Source: Vulcanimicrobiota bacterium
GTDB taxonomy: Bacteria; Vulcanimicrobiota; Vulcanimicrobiia; Eremiobacterales; Eremiobacteraceae
DNA length: 64,000 bases
Direction of reading: 5' to 3'
Assembly (NCBI GenBank): GCA_963812135.1
Contig: CAWETU010000001.1
Span: 640,001 to 704,000, forward strand
Positions 9,965-20,349 of this stretch are shown here, one piece after another (within the stretch, counting starts at the first letter, position 1; each line of letters opens with the position of its first letter). The notes under the pieces were generated by a model. That model was not told the DNA's origin, searched no databases, and worked only from the letters and a program-made list of their open reading frames with translations. The position numbers and the translations under genes are program-made.

Positions 9965-10972
9965 ATGGGAGAGGTAGCGCGCCGGCTGACGAGGTCGCCC
10001 CTCACGGCGGTTCTCACGCTCATGTTCTTGTCCGCGTTCCTGCCCGAAGTCTGCTCCGGAAACACCCCCATCACCCAGTTTTTCATGCCTATGAACTTTG
10101 CGTTCTTGCTGATATTGGGTTACGGTGTGCCGGTGCTGCTCATCCGCGAGCTCGCGGTGCGCCGCCACATGACCATCGCCGGTATCCTCATCGCCGGATT
10201 CGCGTACGGCTTTTACAACGAAGGCCTCCTCGCCAAGACCATGATCCAGACCGGCAATGTGCCGATGTCCGCGTTCAACAACTACGGGGACGTGTTCGGG
10301 ATCGCCGTCCCCTGGGCGCTGGCGATCAGTCTGTTCCACGCGATCGCATCGGTGCTACTCCCAATTCTGATAACGCAAGCGATTTTCAAAAACATCAGCG
10401 ACAAGCCGTGGATCAGCCCGTACCTGGCATTTCCGCTTGCTGCGTTCGTCTCGGTATTCGGCGCTCTCTGGTTCATGGGTCCCTTCCACGAACCAGGCAC
10501 GCGCGTGCAACTTGTCATTTTCCTCATGCGTGCTTCTCGGCGGCGTCGCTATCGCTTCGCGGTTCGCCCAGCGCGCGGAAAACCGGACACGCCGCCGGCA
10601 GGCGTCTTCCCGCTCTTGCTCGGGTTGAGCGTGATACTGCCGTTCATCGGCTTGACGCTCCTCGCCGCGCTCAAGGTGCCGCTGCTGTTGTTCGTCGCCG
10701 CATGGTGTGCACTGCTCGGCACGTACGCCTGGGCCATGACCTCGCGCGGCTGGCAGAATCCGCCCAACATCTTGCTGTTCGGGCTGGGGCTGTACATGGC
10801 GTGGGTTCTCGCGGCCATGATCGTGGGCGTCGGCGCATCCAAAGCCCCTGTTCCGACCTTCATCGCCGGGCTCGCGCTGGAAGCGATCTTCGTCTGGGCA
10901 GCGCTACGGATACAGTCCCTGGGCCAGCGGGATGCATCCGAGCGACCGCTCGAAGCGTATCATCGGACATGA
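9965..10972 (+). CDS. Multi-pass membrane protein of unknown function
   Basis: Many hydrophobic segments; PEVCSGNTP and YGFYNEGLLAK motifs; apparent compensating indels near 10525-10580. Confidence 0.7.
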   Translation: MGEVARRLTRSPLTAVLTLMFLSAFLPEVCSGNTPITQFFMPMNFAFLLILGYGVPVLLIRELAVRRHMTIAGILIAGFAYGFYNEGLLAKTMIQTGNVPMSAFNNYGDVFGIAVPWALAISLFHAIASVLLPILITQAIFKNISDKPWISPYLAFPLAAFVSVFGALWFMGPFHEPGTRVQLVIFLMRASRRRRYRFAVRPARGKPDTPPAGVFPLLLGLSVILPFIGLTLLAALKVPLLLFVAAWCALLGTYAWAMTSRGWQNPPNILLFGLGLYMAWVLAAMIVGVGASKAPVPTFIAGLALEAIFVWAALRIQSLGQRDASERPLEAYHRT

Positions 10973-11746
10973 TTCAGCGCGTGTACCGGCACCCGCTCGT
11001 CGTGCGCATCACCCACTGGGTGGTCGCGCTCGCGCTGCTCGTGCTCACCATGAGCGGCATGCAGATCTTCAACGCGCATCCCGCGCTCTATGCATCGGAT
11101 GCGTCGACGTTCGCACATCCGGTGCTTTCCATTTACAGCGACACCGACGCCGCAGGCCGCACGGTCGGCAAGTTGCAGATCGGCTCCGTAGTGTTAACGA
11201 CTACCGGTCTACTGGGATGGACGGGCAGACGGCATGGGCGGCGAGGAGCCGCGCGCCTTCCCACCGTGGGCGACCATACCGGCGTATCGCGATCTCGCCG
11301 ACGGCCGCCGCTGGCACATCTTCTTCGCGTGGGTGCTCGGTTTGTGCGCGCTGCTCTATGCGGTGTGGGCGTTCAAACTGATCCCGACCAAGACCGAGAT
11401 CCGCGAGGTGCCCGAAGCCCTCAAAGAACACGCGTTGCCATGGAAAGTCAAGGCGACCCCGGAGTACAACCCGTTGCAGAAGATCGCGTACTTCAGCGTC
11501 GTGTTCGGTCTCGTGCCGCTGGCCATCATCTCAGGATTAGCGCTCTCGCCGTCGTTCGACGCGTGGGCGCCATGGGTGCCGTGGCTGCTGGGCGGCCGCC
11601 AATTCGCGCGCCTCTGGCATTTCATCGCGATGTTCGGCATCATCGGTTTCTTCATCGGCCACTTCATGATGGTCGTGCTGACCGGTTTTTGGAATAACCT
11701 GCGCGCCATGATCACCGGTTGGTTCGCGGTGGAGGAGGCATCATGA
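10969..11746 (+). CDS. Cytochrome b/b6-domain membrane subunit, frameshifted near 11230
   Basis: RHPLVVRITHW, MSGMQIFNAHP, GRRWHIFFAW, YNPLQKIAY, ARLWHF motifs across two frames. Confidence 0.85.
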
Positions 11747-12492
11747 ATCTGCGCCGCGGTCGATTTCTCGCGCTGCTTGCCGGCACGGCACTCACGGGCT
11801 GTTCGCGCATCGCGACCTCGCTCAACGACAACCCGCGTTTTCATAGCGCCCTCCAGGCGCCCGAGCGGCTCAACCTGGCGCTGCTCGGCGCCGATCATCC
11901 GCTGGCGCGCGAATATCGCGACAAAGACATCTCGCCAGACTTCCGGCACAACGGCTTCGATCCGCCTTCCGACCCGGCATATCTGCAATGGAGCCGCAAC
12001 GGCTGGCACGGGTACCGGCTTTTCGTGAGCGGCTTGGTCGACAAGCCGACATCGTTCAGCGTCGACGACCTGCGCGCCAAGTTCCCGTCGATCGCGCAGA
12101 CCACGCGTCACGATTGCGTCGAGGGCTGGAGCGTCATCGGCAAGTGGCGCGGGGTGCGGGTGAGCGACGTCCTCGCTGCGGCGCAGCCGCAGCGGGGCGC
12201 CAAATATGTCGTGTTCTATTGCATGGACGATGACGGCAGCGGCACCAAATATTACGAGTCGCTCGACATGCGCCAGGCCGCGCATCCCCAAGCGCTGCTC
12301 GCCTACGATCTGAACGATCAGCCAGTGCCGCTCAAGAACGGCGCACCGATCCGCCTCAAAGTGCCGACACAGCTCGGCTATAAGAGCGCCAAGCACGTCA
12401 ACAAGATCGAGTTAGTCGCCGCGCTGGGCGGCGACAACGGCAGCGGCGGGTACTGGGAAGACCGCGGCTACGAGTGGTTCGCGGGGATCTAG
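11743..12492 (+). CDS. Tat-exported molybdopterin oxidoreductase (sulfite oxidase/MsrP-like)
   Basis: RRGRFL Tat/lipo signal; HDCVEGWS Mo-ligand Cys; NGAPIRL, GYKSAK, GGYWEDRGY. Confidence 0.9.
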   Translation: MNLRRGRFLALLAGTALTGCSRIATSLNDNPRFHSALQAPERLNLALLGADHPLAREYRDKDISPDFRHNGFDPPSDPAYLQWSRNGWHGYRLFVSGLVDKPTSFSVDDLRAKFPSIAQTTRHDCVEGWSVIGKWRGVRVSDVLAAAQPQRGAKYVVFYCMDDDGSGTKYYESLDMRQAAHPQALLAYDLNDQPVPLKNGAPIRLKVPTQLGYKSAKHVNKIELVAALGGDNGSGGYWEDRGYEWFAGI

Positions 12493-12508
12493 CCGCCCCG
12501 CGCAGCGC

Positions 12509-13021
12509 TTAGCCGCGCTCGCCGATTAGCTGTTTGACGGTCGAGTCCACCACCTCGTCCTGGGAATCGCCGACCACGGTCTTGCGCAGCACGCCGTGGC
12601 GGTCGAAGATCAGCTGCGTCGGCCACGCGCTGATGCCGTACGAATTCCAGATCGCGAAGTCGTTGTCGATGGCCACCGGCCAGACGACGCCCTGCTCGCC
12701 GAACGAGGCGATCAGCGCTTTGCGATTGTGCTCGAACGAGGTCTCCGGGCTATGGACGCTGAGGATGACGAGGTCCTTGCGCGGCACGTCTTTATAGAGC
12801 GCGCGCAGGTTGGGCTCGACGTTCTTGCAGTTGTAGCATTCGAAGGTGTAAAAATCGAGCACGACGACCTTGCCGCGCACGTCGGCCGCCGTCGGCCTGC
12901 CGTTGAGCCAATCGGGTGCGGCGAACACCCGATCCAGCGTCACGCCGCCGTTGGTGGTCGCCGCGTGCGCCGCGCAGCTGAACAGCGCCAATGCAGCGAC
13001 GACAGGTGCAAGCACTTTCAC
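12509..13021 (-). CDS. Exported redoxin/thioredoxin-like protein (TlpA/DipZ-type)
   Basis: Signal peptide; WLN, DFYTFECYNC, VHSPE, AWPT motifs; GTG start after GGAG. Confidence 0.85.
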   Translation of the reverse strand: MKVLAPVVAALALFSCAAHAATTNGGVTLDRVFAAPDWLNGRPTAADVRGKVVVLDFYTFECYNCKNVEPNLRALYKDVPRKDLVILSVHSPETSFEHNRKALIASFGEQGVVWPVAIDNDFAIWNSYGISAWPTQLIFDRHGVLRKTVVGDSQDEVVDSTVKQLIGERG

Positions 13022-13084
13022 GGTTTTCTCCCCCGTTTGCCCTGTTGTTAGGATACTACGCGTCGCTCGCTGAAACGGATGTAG

Positions 13085-13894
13085 ATGTTCGCAGGCTTCC
13101 AGACCGGCGCGACCTATGTCGGCGGTGGGCGCGTCTTGCTCAAGACGCGCAACGGCTTCAAGATGTACGTGGATTCGCGCGATATCTCGATCGCCCCGCA
13201 CCTCATCCTCGACGGCGTCTGGGAGGAGTGGACGGAGGCGGTGCTGCGCCAGCTGGTCGCGCCCGGGATGCACGTCCTGGAGGCGGGCGCCAACGTCGGC
13301 TATTTCACGCTGGTGATGGCGCGCGCCGCGGGGCCCTCGGGGCAAGTCCATTCCTTCGAATGCGATCCTGGGCTTGCGATGCTGGCGCGCGACAACATCG
13401 AGATCAACGGCTTGCATCGGACGGCGCGCGTCGTCGAAAAGGCGGTCGGCGAGCGTCCGGGCCGCGTCACGTTTTACGGCACGGATCGTCATCGCGGCGG
13501 GGGCTCGATCGTCCAAGGGCTCGAGCAGATCCCGCACAATCCGACCGATCAGCGCAGCGCGCTCGACGTCGAGATGACGAGCATCGACGCGTACGTGCAA
13601 GAAACCGGAGTCCAGCTCGACGTGCTCAAGCTCGATGCCGAAGGAGCGGAGCCCGCGATTTTACGCGGCGCGAGCGCGTTGCTCGCCTCGACGCGACCGC
13701 TCACGATCGTCATGGAATTTTTCCCGCGTTTCGTGAGAGAAGCCGGCGACGATCCGGCCGCGCTGCTGCGCTCGCTCCAGGAACGGCGCTTCGAGCTAGG
13801 GGTCATCGACGAGCGCCAGCGCCGCATTGTTCCCGCCACCGCAGAGGCCTTGCTGGCGCGCGAGAGCGCGGAACTGGTGCTGCGGCGCTCTTGA
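13085..13894 (+). CDS. FkbM family methyltransferase
   Basis: EAGANVGYF and LKLDAEGAE motifs. Confidence 0.9.
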   Translation: MFAGFQTGATYVGGGRVLLKTRNGFKMYVDSRDISIAPHLILDGVWEEWTEAVLRQLVAPGMHVLEAGANVGYFTLVMARAAGPSGQVHSFECDPGLAMLARDNIEINGLHRTARVVEKAVGERPGRVTFYGTDRHRGGGSIVQGLEQIPHNPTDQRSALDVEMTSIDAYVQETGVQLDVLKLDAEGAEPAILRGASALLASTRPLTIVMEFFPRFVREAGDDPAALLRSLQERRFELGVIDERQRRIVPATAEALLARESAELVLRRS

Positions 13895-14022
13895 CCCGCG
13901 TTCGTTGGAAACGTATCGAGGGCTCTTGACGCGACAGGGCTCCCGAGGGATTTGCTTTTCGGGTGAGCGTCGCCCCTTGTCTGCCGGTGGTTAGCTACCT
14001 ATTCTATATGTGTAGTTACTAC

Positions 14023-14051
14023 TTGAAAAGCTCTATCCGTAGAGCTATAAT
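14023..14051 (+). promoter_or_regulatory. Sigma70 promoter with operator palindrome for the TA operon
   Basis: TTGAAA-N17-TATAAT; AGCTCTA-tccg-TAGAGCT (14029-14046) fills the spacer. Confidence 0.8.
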
Positions 14052-14084
14052 ATACACCAGGAGAGCCGAAAAGCGAGGAGAGAG

Positions 14085-14498
14085 ATGCCAACCGCAACGA
14101 TGGCGAAGCGTCAAGCCGCAATCGCGTACGAGCCGGAACTGGCTGGCCCCGGCCTGCGGACGTTCGTGAACATCGCGAAGCGCTGGGGCCTGTCTGTGAA
14201 GGAACAGTTGGTCCTGCTCGGATTGATCTCAGAATCAACGTATTACAAGTGGAAGAACGAGGCCAATCCGCCGCTTGCGCGCGACACATTGGAGCGCATC
14301 TCGTACATCCTCGGGATATATGCCGCTCTGCAAATCCTGCTCCCCGACGAATCAGCGGCCGATGCGTGGGTAAAGCGGCCTAACGCCGCGCCCATGTTCG
14401 GCGGCAAGTCCGCACTGGATGTGATGCTCGCAGGCAACGTTGGAGATCTTTACCGCGTGCGCCAATACCTCGACGCGCAACGCGGCGGCTGGGCGTGA
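14085..14498 (+). CDS. Xre/MbcA/ParS-type antitoxin
   Basis: WGLS..EQ..LLG..STYYKWK, ERISYILGIY, WVKRPN..F.G, VRQYLDAQRGG; overlaps the RES gene. Confidence 0.9.
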   Translation: MPTATMAKRQAAIAYEPELAGPGLRTFVNIAKRWGLSVKEQLVLLGLISESTYYKWKNEANPPLARDTLERISYILGIYAALQILLPDESAADAWVKRPNAAPMFGGKSALDVMLAGNVGDLYRVRQYLDAQRGGWA

Positions 14499-15208
14499 GC
14501 CCTTCCCGCGGGCAGATACAAGCGCGCCGGTTGTTGTGGCAGACGGCGTGTCGCATCATCCCTAGCCGCTATCCCTCCGTCTCGCTTTTCGATCGCGTCG
14601 CGAATCCAGCCGACCTGGAAGCCAATCTCAAGCTTGAGGCAAAGACGAACGCTCGGATCCGGGATGAGGTCGGCGACCTCACACTCGTGCCAGTCCACGA
14701 GCGCATCAGCGGACCGAATACCTCGGTCATCATGGCGTCCTTCACGCACCTCAATCCAGATGGAAGTCGGTTCAGCGACGGTTCGTACGGTGTTTTCTAC
14801 GCCTCGCGCGTCCGGCGAACGGCGATCGCTGAAACGATGCATCATAGTTCGCTTTTCATGCTCGCGACAAACCAGCCGTCCACGGAGCTTGATATGCGTC
14901 TTTATCACGTGAGGGTAGCCGGAGAGCTGCACGACCTACGCGGCCTACAAAAGTCTTTCGCAGCAGAATACTCACCTTCAAGCTACGTCGCTTCGCAGGC
15001 GCTTGGGAGACGGCTGCGCACGCAGCATTCTACCGGCATCTGCTGGGATAGCGTCCGCCATAGCGGGGGACAATGCGTCGCCGTATTCCGACCAAGAGCA
15101 CTCTCAAATTGCGTTGCGGTTGCGCACCTCTGCTACGTGTGGGACGGCTCAACGTTCACGGGCCACTATCAAAAGGCGGGCTATCGCGAGGACGTCGACT
15201 CGGAATAG
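14495..15208 (+). CDS. RES family toxin (NAD+ phosphorylase-type)
   Basis: RIIPSRYP, GSRFSDGSYGVFYA, TAIAET, SVRH..G.CVAVFRP. Confidence 0.9.
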   Translation: MSPSRGQIQARRLLWQTACRIIPSRYPSVSLFDRVANPADLEANLKLEAKTNARIRDEVGDLTLVPVHERISGPNTSVIMASFTHLNPDGSRFSDGSYGVFYASRVRRTAIAETMHHSSLFMLATNQPSTELDMRLYHVRVAGELHDLRGLQKSFAAEYSPSSYVASQALGRRLRTQHSTGICWDSVRHSGGQCVAVFRPRALSNCVAVAHLCYVWDGSTFTGHYQKAGYREDVDSE

Positions 15209-15222
15209 TTTTCGCTGACCGC

Positions 15223-15906
15223 TTAGAGCCGCACAAAAGGGGCTAGGCGGTCGAATTTGGACGGCCCGATGCCGGGCACGTTCTGCAGATCATCGACCGT
15301 TTGAAAAGGACCGTACTGCTGGCGGTAGTCGACGATGCGCTGGGCCAAGCTCGGTCCGACGCCGGGAAGCTGCACGAGCTCGTCAACCGTCGCTGTGTTG
15401 ACATCGAGCGTCTGCCCTGGGGCAAGTTTGTGCGAACTGCGAGAGCCGCCATGCGAATGCCGTCCGCGGCGGTGGGCGCCCGCAGACGGTGCGTCGCTCG
15501 GGCCGTACGGCGCAGCCGCATACTGGTCCGGCGCGAGTACTTGGCCTTTGCGAGGGACCATGACTTTCATCGCGTCGCTCAACGGCTGCGCGAGATTGAT
15601 CTGTTCGACGTCGGCCTCAGGCAATGGGCCACCCGCCTGCTGTAATGCGTCGACCACGCGCGAACCCGGCGCGAACGAGTACACGCCCGGGCGCTTCACG
15701 GCGCCGCAGACGTAGACGGCGATTTCAGAAGGCGCCGCAGATGCGGTCGCCGGCGTGCTCGTGGATTGCGGAGGCACGGTCGCATCGGTTGAGACCGTCG
15801 CGGCGCGCGTCGGCCCGGCTGGACGCGGCAGCAGCAGCCCCGCGCCGAGCAGAACGATGGCGCCGCCGATCGCGATCCAGCGTTTGTCGAATTGCATCGC
15901 AGTCAC
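15223..15906 (-). CDS. comEA: Competence DNA receptor ComEA
   Basis: N-terminal TM; SLBB domain (VYVCGAVKRPGVY); helix-hairpin-helix (VNTAT..EL..LPGVG..A.RIV..R..GPF..DL..VPGIG). Confidence 0.92.
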   Translation of the reverse strand: MTAMQFDKRWIAIGGAIVLLGAGLLLPRPAGPTRAATVSTDATVPPQSTSTPATASAAPSEIAVYVCGAVKRPGVYSFAPGSRVVDALQQAGGPLPEADVEQINLAQPLSDAMKVMVPRKGQVLAPDQYAAAPYGPSDAPSAGAHRRGRHSHGGSRSSHKLAPGQTLDVNTATVDELVQLPGVGPSLAQRIVDYRQQYGPFQTVDDLQNVPGIGPSKFDRLAPFVRL

Positions 15907-15960
15907 GCCGCTTCAATCACCCGCGAACGCGCGCGCGTCAAGGGCTTACGAGCGGCGCCA

Positions 15961-15969
15961 TGGTACAAT
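15961..15969 (+). promoter_or_regulatory. Extended -10 element of leuS
   Basis: TGGTACAAT 10 nt upstream of ATG 15980, no clear RBS. Confidence 0.5.
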
Positions 15970-15979
15970 ACCAGTGATA

Positions 15980-18463
15980 ATGACATCGCATATTGCGCCA
16001 TACGAACCGCAAACCGTGGAGCCGAAATGGCAGCGCCGCTGGGAAGAGCGCGGGCAAAACGAGGTCCGCGAAGATCCGTCGCGTCCCAAATTCTATCTGC
16101 TGGAGATGCTGCCGTATCCGAGCGGCGATCTGCACGTCGGCCATGCGCGCAACTACACGCTCGGCGACGTCGTCGCCCGTTACCGGCGCATGCGCGGCTA
16201 TAACGTCATGCATCCGATGGGCTACGATGCCTTTGGCCTGCCCGCCGAAATGGCGGCCATCCAGCGCGGCATCCATCCGGCCGATTGGACCGAGACGAAC
16301 ATCGCGAATTTCCGGCGTCAGTTCCGCGCGCTCGGCGTCGCGATCGATTGGACGCGCGAGATCGACACGTCGTCGCCTGAATACTACCGCTGGACGCAAT
16401 GGCTGTTCTTGCTCATGCACCGGCGCGGGCTCGCATATAAGAAGGAAGCGCCCGTCAATTGGTGCCCGAAGGATCAGACGATCCTCGCCAACGAGCAGGC
16501 GGCCGGCGGCGTGTGCTGGCGCTGCGGCACGCCGGTCGAGCAGCGTCTCGTCAACCAGTGGTTCTTCAAGACGACCCTGTACGCGGATCGTCTGCTCGAG
16601 GGGCTTGATCGTCTGCCCGACTGGCCCGAGCGCATCAAGACGATGCAGCGCAACTGGATCGGTCGAAGCGAAGGTGTCACGTTCGCCTTCGAGCTTCCCG
16701 GCTCGACGTCGTCGATCAGCACGTTCACCACGCGGCTGGACACCGTCTTCGGCGTCACCTTCATCGCGGTCGCGATCGATCATCCGCTGCTGGAGCAACT
16801 GATCGCCGGGCGGCCGGAAGAGACGCGCGTAAGAGAGTTCATCGCGAGCGTCGCCGGCAAGAGCGAGCTCGAACGCACGCAGCTGATGGAAAAGCTCGGC
16901 GTCTTCACCGGCGCGCACGCAAAACATCCGCTCACCGGCGAGCGCGTGCCCGTCTGGGTGACGAACTACGTCGTTTCCACGTACGGCACCGGCGCGGTCA
17001 TGGGCGTGCCCGGTCACGACGAACGCGATTTCGAGTTCGCCCGCAAATACGGCATCGATGTGAAAACGGTCGTCGTGCCTCCGAACCAACCGGATTTCCT
17101 CGCGCGCGAAGCGTCATACGTCGAAGACGGCGTGTTGGTGCGTTCCGCTGCGTTCGACGGGCTCACGAGCGAACAAGCGCGACGCGCGATCGCGGAGGAG
17201 CTGATCGAGCGCGGCATCGGCGAGCCGACGGTCAACTACAAGCTGCGCGACTGGCTCATCTCGCGCCAGCGCTATTGGGGCGCGCCGATCCCGTTCGTCA
17301 ACTGCCCGACGCACGGCTTAGTGCCGGTGCCCGAAGATCAGCTGCCGGTGCTGCTGCCGTACGACGCGCCGTTCACCGGCGCGCAGGGCAATCCGCTCGA
17401 ACACGTGCCGTCATTCGTCAACACCACGTGTCCGCAATGCGGCGGACCGGCGAAACGTGAGACCGACACCATGGACACGTTCATGGACTCGTCGTGGTAT
17501 TTCTTGCGCTACTTAAGCCCCCACGAGGACAAGGCGCCGTTCGACAAAGAGGCGGTCGATTATTGGGCCCCGGTGGACCACTACATCGGCGGCGCCGAAC
17601 ACGCCGTGATGCACTTGATGTACGCGCGCTTCTTCTATAAGGTTCTCCACGACGCCGGCATGGTTCCCAAGGATGAGCCGTTCACGCGGCTCTTCAACCA
17701 AGGCCTCGTGCTCGGCGCGAACAATGAGCGCATGAGCAAGTCGCGCGGCAACGTCGTCGGCATCGACGAGACTGCGGATCGCTACGGCGTCGATGCGCTG
17801 CGGCTCTTCGAGATGTTCGCAGGCCCGCCGGAGACCGACTTCCCGTGGTCCACCACCGGCATCGCCGGCGCGACGCGGACCCTCAACCGAGTGTGGCGCC
17901 TGGTGCTCACGCACGCCAACGCGTTGCGACACACGCCGCAGGGCGGCGCGAAAAATGGCGGCGCCGACGCGGAGCTGCGCTACAGCGTGCATTCGAAGAT
18001 CAAGCAGGTGACCGAAGAGATCGGCGACCGCATGCACGTCAACACGAGCGTGGCCGCCATCATGACGCTGCTCAACGATCTCGAAGCGTTCACTGCAACG
18101 CACGAGAACGCGTCGACATCGGCGGCGTTCGCCGAAGGTCTGCGCGCGCTGCTGCTGATGTTGGCGCCGTTCGCGCCGCACATCACCGAGGAGCTATGGG
18201 AGCGCACCGGCCACAACTCGAGCATCCATCTGGAGGCATGGCCGGCCTACGACGACGCCGCGTTGGCGCGTTCGGTGATCCCGTTCGTGATCCAAGTGAA
18301 CGGCAAACACCGCGGCACGGTCGAGGCCCCGCCGGGCTCAGGTGAAGACGCGGTGTTCGACAAAGCGAAAGGCGTGGCGACGGTGAGCGCGCAACTCGAG
18401 GGCAAGACCGTTCGCAAGAAAGTGTTCGTACCGGACAAGCTGCTCAATATCGTCGTGAGCTGA
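15980..18463 (+). CDS. leuS: Leucine--tRNA ligase
   Basis: MLPYPSGDLHVGH, GTGAVMGVPGHDERD, DWLISRQRYWG, RMSKS. Confidence 0.97.
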   Translation: MTSHIAPYEPQTVEPKWQRRWEERGQNEVREDPSRPKFYLLEMLPYPSGDLHVGHARNYTLGDVVARYRRMRGYNVMHPMGYDAFGLPAEMAAIQRGIHPADWTETNIANFRRQFRALGVAIDWTREIDTSSPEYYRWTQWLFLLMHRRGLAYKKEAPVNWCPKDQTILANEQAAGGVCWRCGTPVEQRLVNQWFFKTTLYADRLLEGLDRLPDWPERIKTMQRNWIGRSEGVTFAFELPGSTSSISTFTTRLDTVFGVTFIAVAIDHPLLEQLIAGRPEETRVREFIASVAGKSELERTQLMEKLGVFTGAHAKHPLTGERVPVWVTNYVVSTYGTGAVMGVPGHDERDFEFARKYGIDVKTVVVPPNQPDFLAREASYVEDGVLVRSAAFDGLTSEQARRAIAEELIERGIGEPTVNYKLRDWLISRQRYWGAPIPFVNCPTHGLVPVPEDQLPVLLPYDAPFTGAQGNPLEHVPSFVNTTCPQCGGPAKRETDTMDTFMDSSWYFLRYLSPHEDKAPFDKEAVDYWAPVDHYIGGAEHAVMHLMYARFFYKVLHDAGMVPKDEPFTRLFNQGLVLGANNERMSKSRGNVVGIDETADRYGVDALRLFEMFAGPPETDFPWSTTGIAGATRTLNRVWRLVLTHANALRHTPQGGAKNGGADAELRYSVHSKIKQVTEEIGDRMHVNTSVAAIMTLLNDLEAFTATHENASTSAAFAEGLRALLLMLAPFAPHITEELWERTGHNSSIHLEAWPAYDDAALARSVIPFVIQVNGKHRGTVEAPPGSGEDAVFDKAKGVATVSAQLEGKTVRKKVFVPDKLLNIVVS

Positions 18464-18466
18464 CAC

Positions 18467-19405
18467 GTGCGCCTGAATTGGCTGCTCCTTGTGTTGTTCG
18501 CGCTGGCCGCGGTTCCGGCGTTGTCGTACGCGGATTCGAGCGGCGTGGCCTTCGACCGGATTCAGTGGCATGCTCCCAATGCGAGTCCTCTCGCCGTCGG
18601 ATCGTTTGCGGCGGATCGAGCAGCGCTCATCAAGCTGATCAAACCGACCGACATCTATCCGCAACCGACCGAGGGACTCTTGGGCAACCTTCCCGCCGCA
18701 AGTGACCCAAGGCAACCTGAGTTCGTCAGCCTGTATCGTTTCTCGTACCTCGGAGACTGGATGCGCGTTGACGACCCTATCGCAATGACGGCCGTCATCA
18801 AGCGGCCGGACCTACATGAGCTGATCTTTCTCAACCTGTTCAAACGGACGTACCGCATCGTCAACGTGCCGGCGTCTTCGAACCCGTCCATGCAAACAAA
18901 CCCGCCGGCGCAAACGAACCCGACGGCAAGCGAGGCTGACGCCAACTACGAGATCCGCGGATCCGGTGAGACCACCGGCCCGACGGTCATCGATGGGGTG
19001 TCTGCGATCGGCTACGGCGGCACCATCGCGATCGCAAACCGCCATGAGACAAGGGAGTGTCCAAACGGCTTTGGCACGATGAGGTGGACGCAGTTCCGCG
19101 CCAGCGTTTACGATGCGCCGTTTCCCGTGTCGCTACCGACGCTGCCGCCGCTGGAGAATTCGTGCACGGTCGCAGTGTCGCCGGAGAGCTATTCGGTTGA
19201 TCCGAGCATCCTAAGCAAGGTCGTGATGTACCGAAGCCTCGTCTTTGATGCACCGAGCCCCGGATATGTGCGCGCGGTGCAGGTCATGATCGGCCAGTCC
19301 AGACTCCCATACGCCCGAGTCGAGGAAAGTGGAAATATCGCACGTCTCGGCTCAGCGGACAAGGCTCTTTTCGACATCCCCGCGGGTTTCACGCCCGGGC
19401 AGTGA
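18467..19405 (+). CDS. Secreted hypothetical protein
   Basis: Signal peptide; C-terminal LFDIPAGF motif. Confidence 0.65.
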   Translation: MRLNWLLLVLFALAAVPALSYADSSGVAFDRIQWHAPNASPLAVGSFAADRAALIKLIKPTDIYPQPTEGLLGNLPAASDPRQPEFVSLYRFSYLGDWMRVDDPIAMTAVIKRPDLHELIFLNLFKRTYRIVNVPASSNPSMQTNPPAQTNPTASEADANYEIRGSGETTGPTVIDGVSAIGYGGTIAIANRHETRECPNGFGTMRWTQFRASVYDAPFPVSLPTLPPLENSCTVAVSPESYSVDPSILSKVVMYRSLVFDAPSPGYVRAVQVMIGQSRLPYARVEESGNIARLGSADKALFDIPAGFTPGQ

Positions 19406-19409
19406 CCGA

Positions 19410-20339
19410 CTAACTCGCCTTTGACCTGAAGAAGTCGATCGTCGACGCGATTCCCTCTTTTAGGCTGACGGCAGGCTCCCAGCCGAGGACCGTCTTCGCT
19501 TTTTCAATCTCGAACACGCAGGTCCGGATGTCGCCGGCCCGTTTCGGCGCGGGCTGGACGGGCACGTCGCGCCCGACGACGCCGGCGATCGCCGCATGCA
19601 GTTGGTTGACGGAGGTGCCAATGCCGTTGCCGATGTTGATCGCTTCGCCATCGGCAGCCGTCAGCGCGGCGATGTTGGCGCGGGCGATGTCGCCGACGTA
19701 GACGTAGTCCTTTTGCTGCTCGCCATCCCAGTCGATGCGGATCGGCTTGCCGGCGAGGATACGCGACGCGAAGATCGCGATGACGCCCGCTTCGCCGCTC
19801 GGGTCTTGACGCGGTCCGTAGACGTTGCCGTAGCGCAGCGCGGTGTACGCGGGTCCACCGGCGGAAGCGAAATACCGCAGGTAGTGCTCGCCGACCATTT
19901 TCGTGATGCCATAGGGCGATTCGGGGCGCTGCGGGTGTGCCTCATCGATGGGCATGTACATCGGCGTGCCATAGGTGGCGGCTGACGAAGCGTAAATGAT
20001 CTTGCGCGCGCCCGAGTCCACGCTGCGCTGCACGACGTTGATCAGGCCGCGGACGTTGACATCCGCATCGTAGAGCGGATCCTTCGCGGACAACGCCACG
20101 CTGTGCTGTGCGGCGTGATGGCTGACCAGCTCCGGTTTGAACGAGGCGAAGATGTCCGCCAGGCTGGGGTCGCGGATGTCGCGCAGGAAGAATTGGGCGT
20201 TTGGATTGAGGTTTGCGCGCGTGCCGCCGCCGTGTTCCCACAGGCTGTCGATCACGCCGACATCATGCCCGGCGGCCACGAGCGCATCGACGATATGCGA
20301 GCCGATGAAGCCCGCGCCACCGGTGACGAGGATGCGCAA
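19410..20339 (-). CDS. NAD-dependent epimerase/dehydratase (UDP-glucose 4-epimerase-like)
   Basis: TGGAGFIGSH, YGITK, RYGNVYGPRQ. Confidence 0.92.
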   Translation of the reverse strand: MRILVTGGAGFIGSHIVDALVAAGHDVGVIDSLWEHGGGTRANLNPNAQFFLRDIRDPSLADIFASFKPELVSHHAAQHSVALSAKDPLYDADVNVRGLINVVQRSVDSGARKIIYASSAATYGTPMYMPIDEAHPQRPESPYGITKMVGEHYLRYFASAGGPAYTALRYGNVYGPRQDPSGEAGVIAIFASRILAGKPIRIDWDGEQQKDYVYVGDIARANIAALTAADGEAINIGNGIGTSVNQLHAAIAGVVGRDVPVQPAPKRAGDIRTCVFEIEKAKTVLGWEPAVSLKEGIASTIDFFRSKAS

Positions 20340-20349
20340 AAGGGTGCGC

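Noticed and set aside
13886..13930. GCTCTTGAC direct repeat left of the TA module
   Set aside because: Both copies are on the same side, so not a target-site duplication
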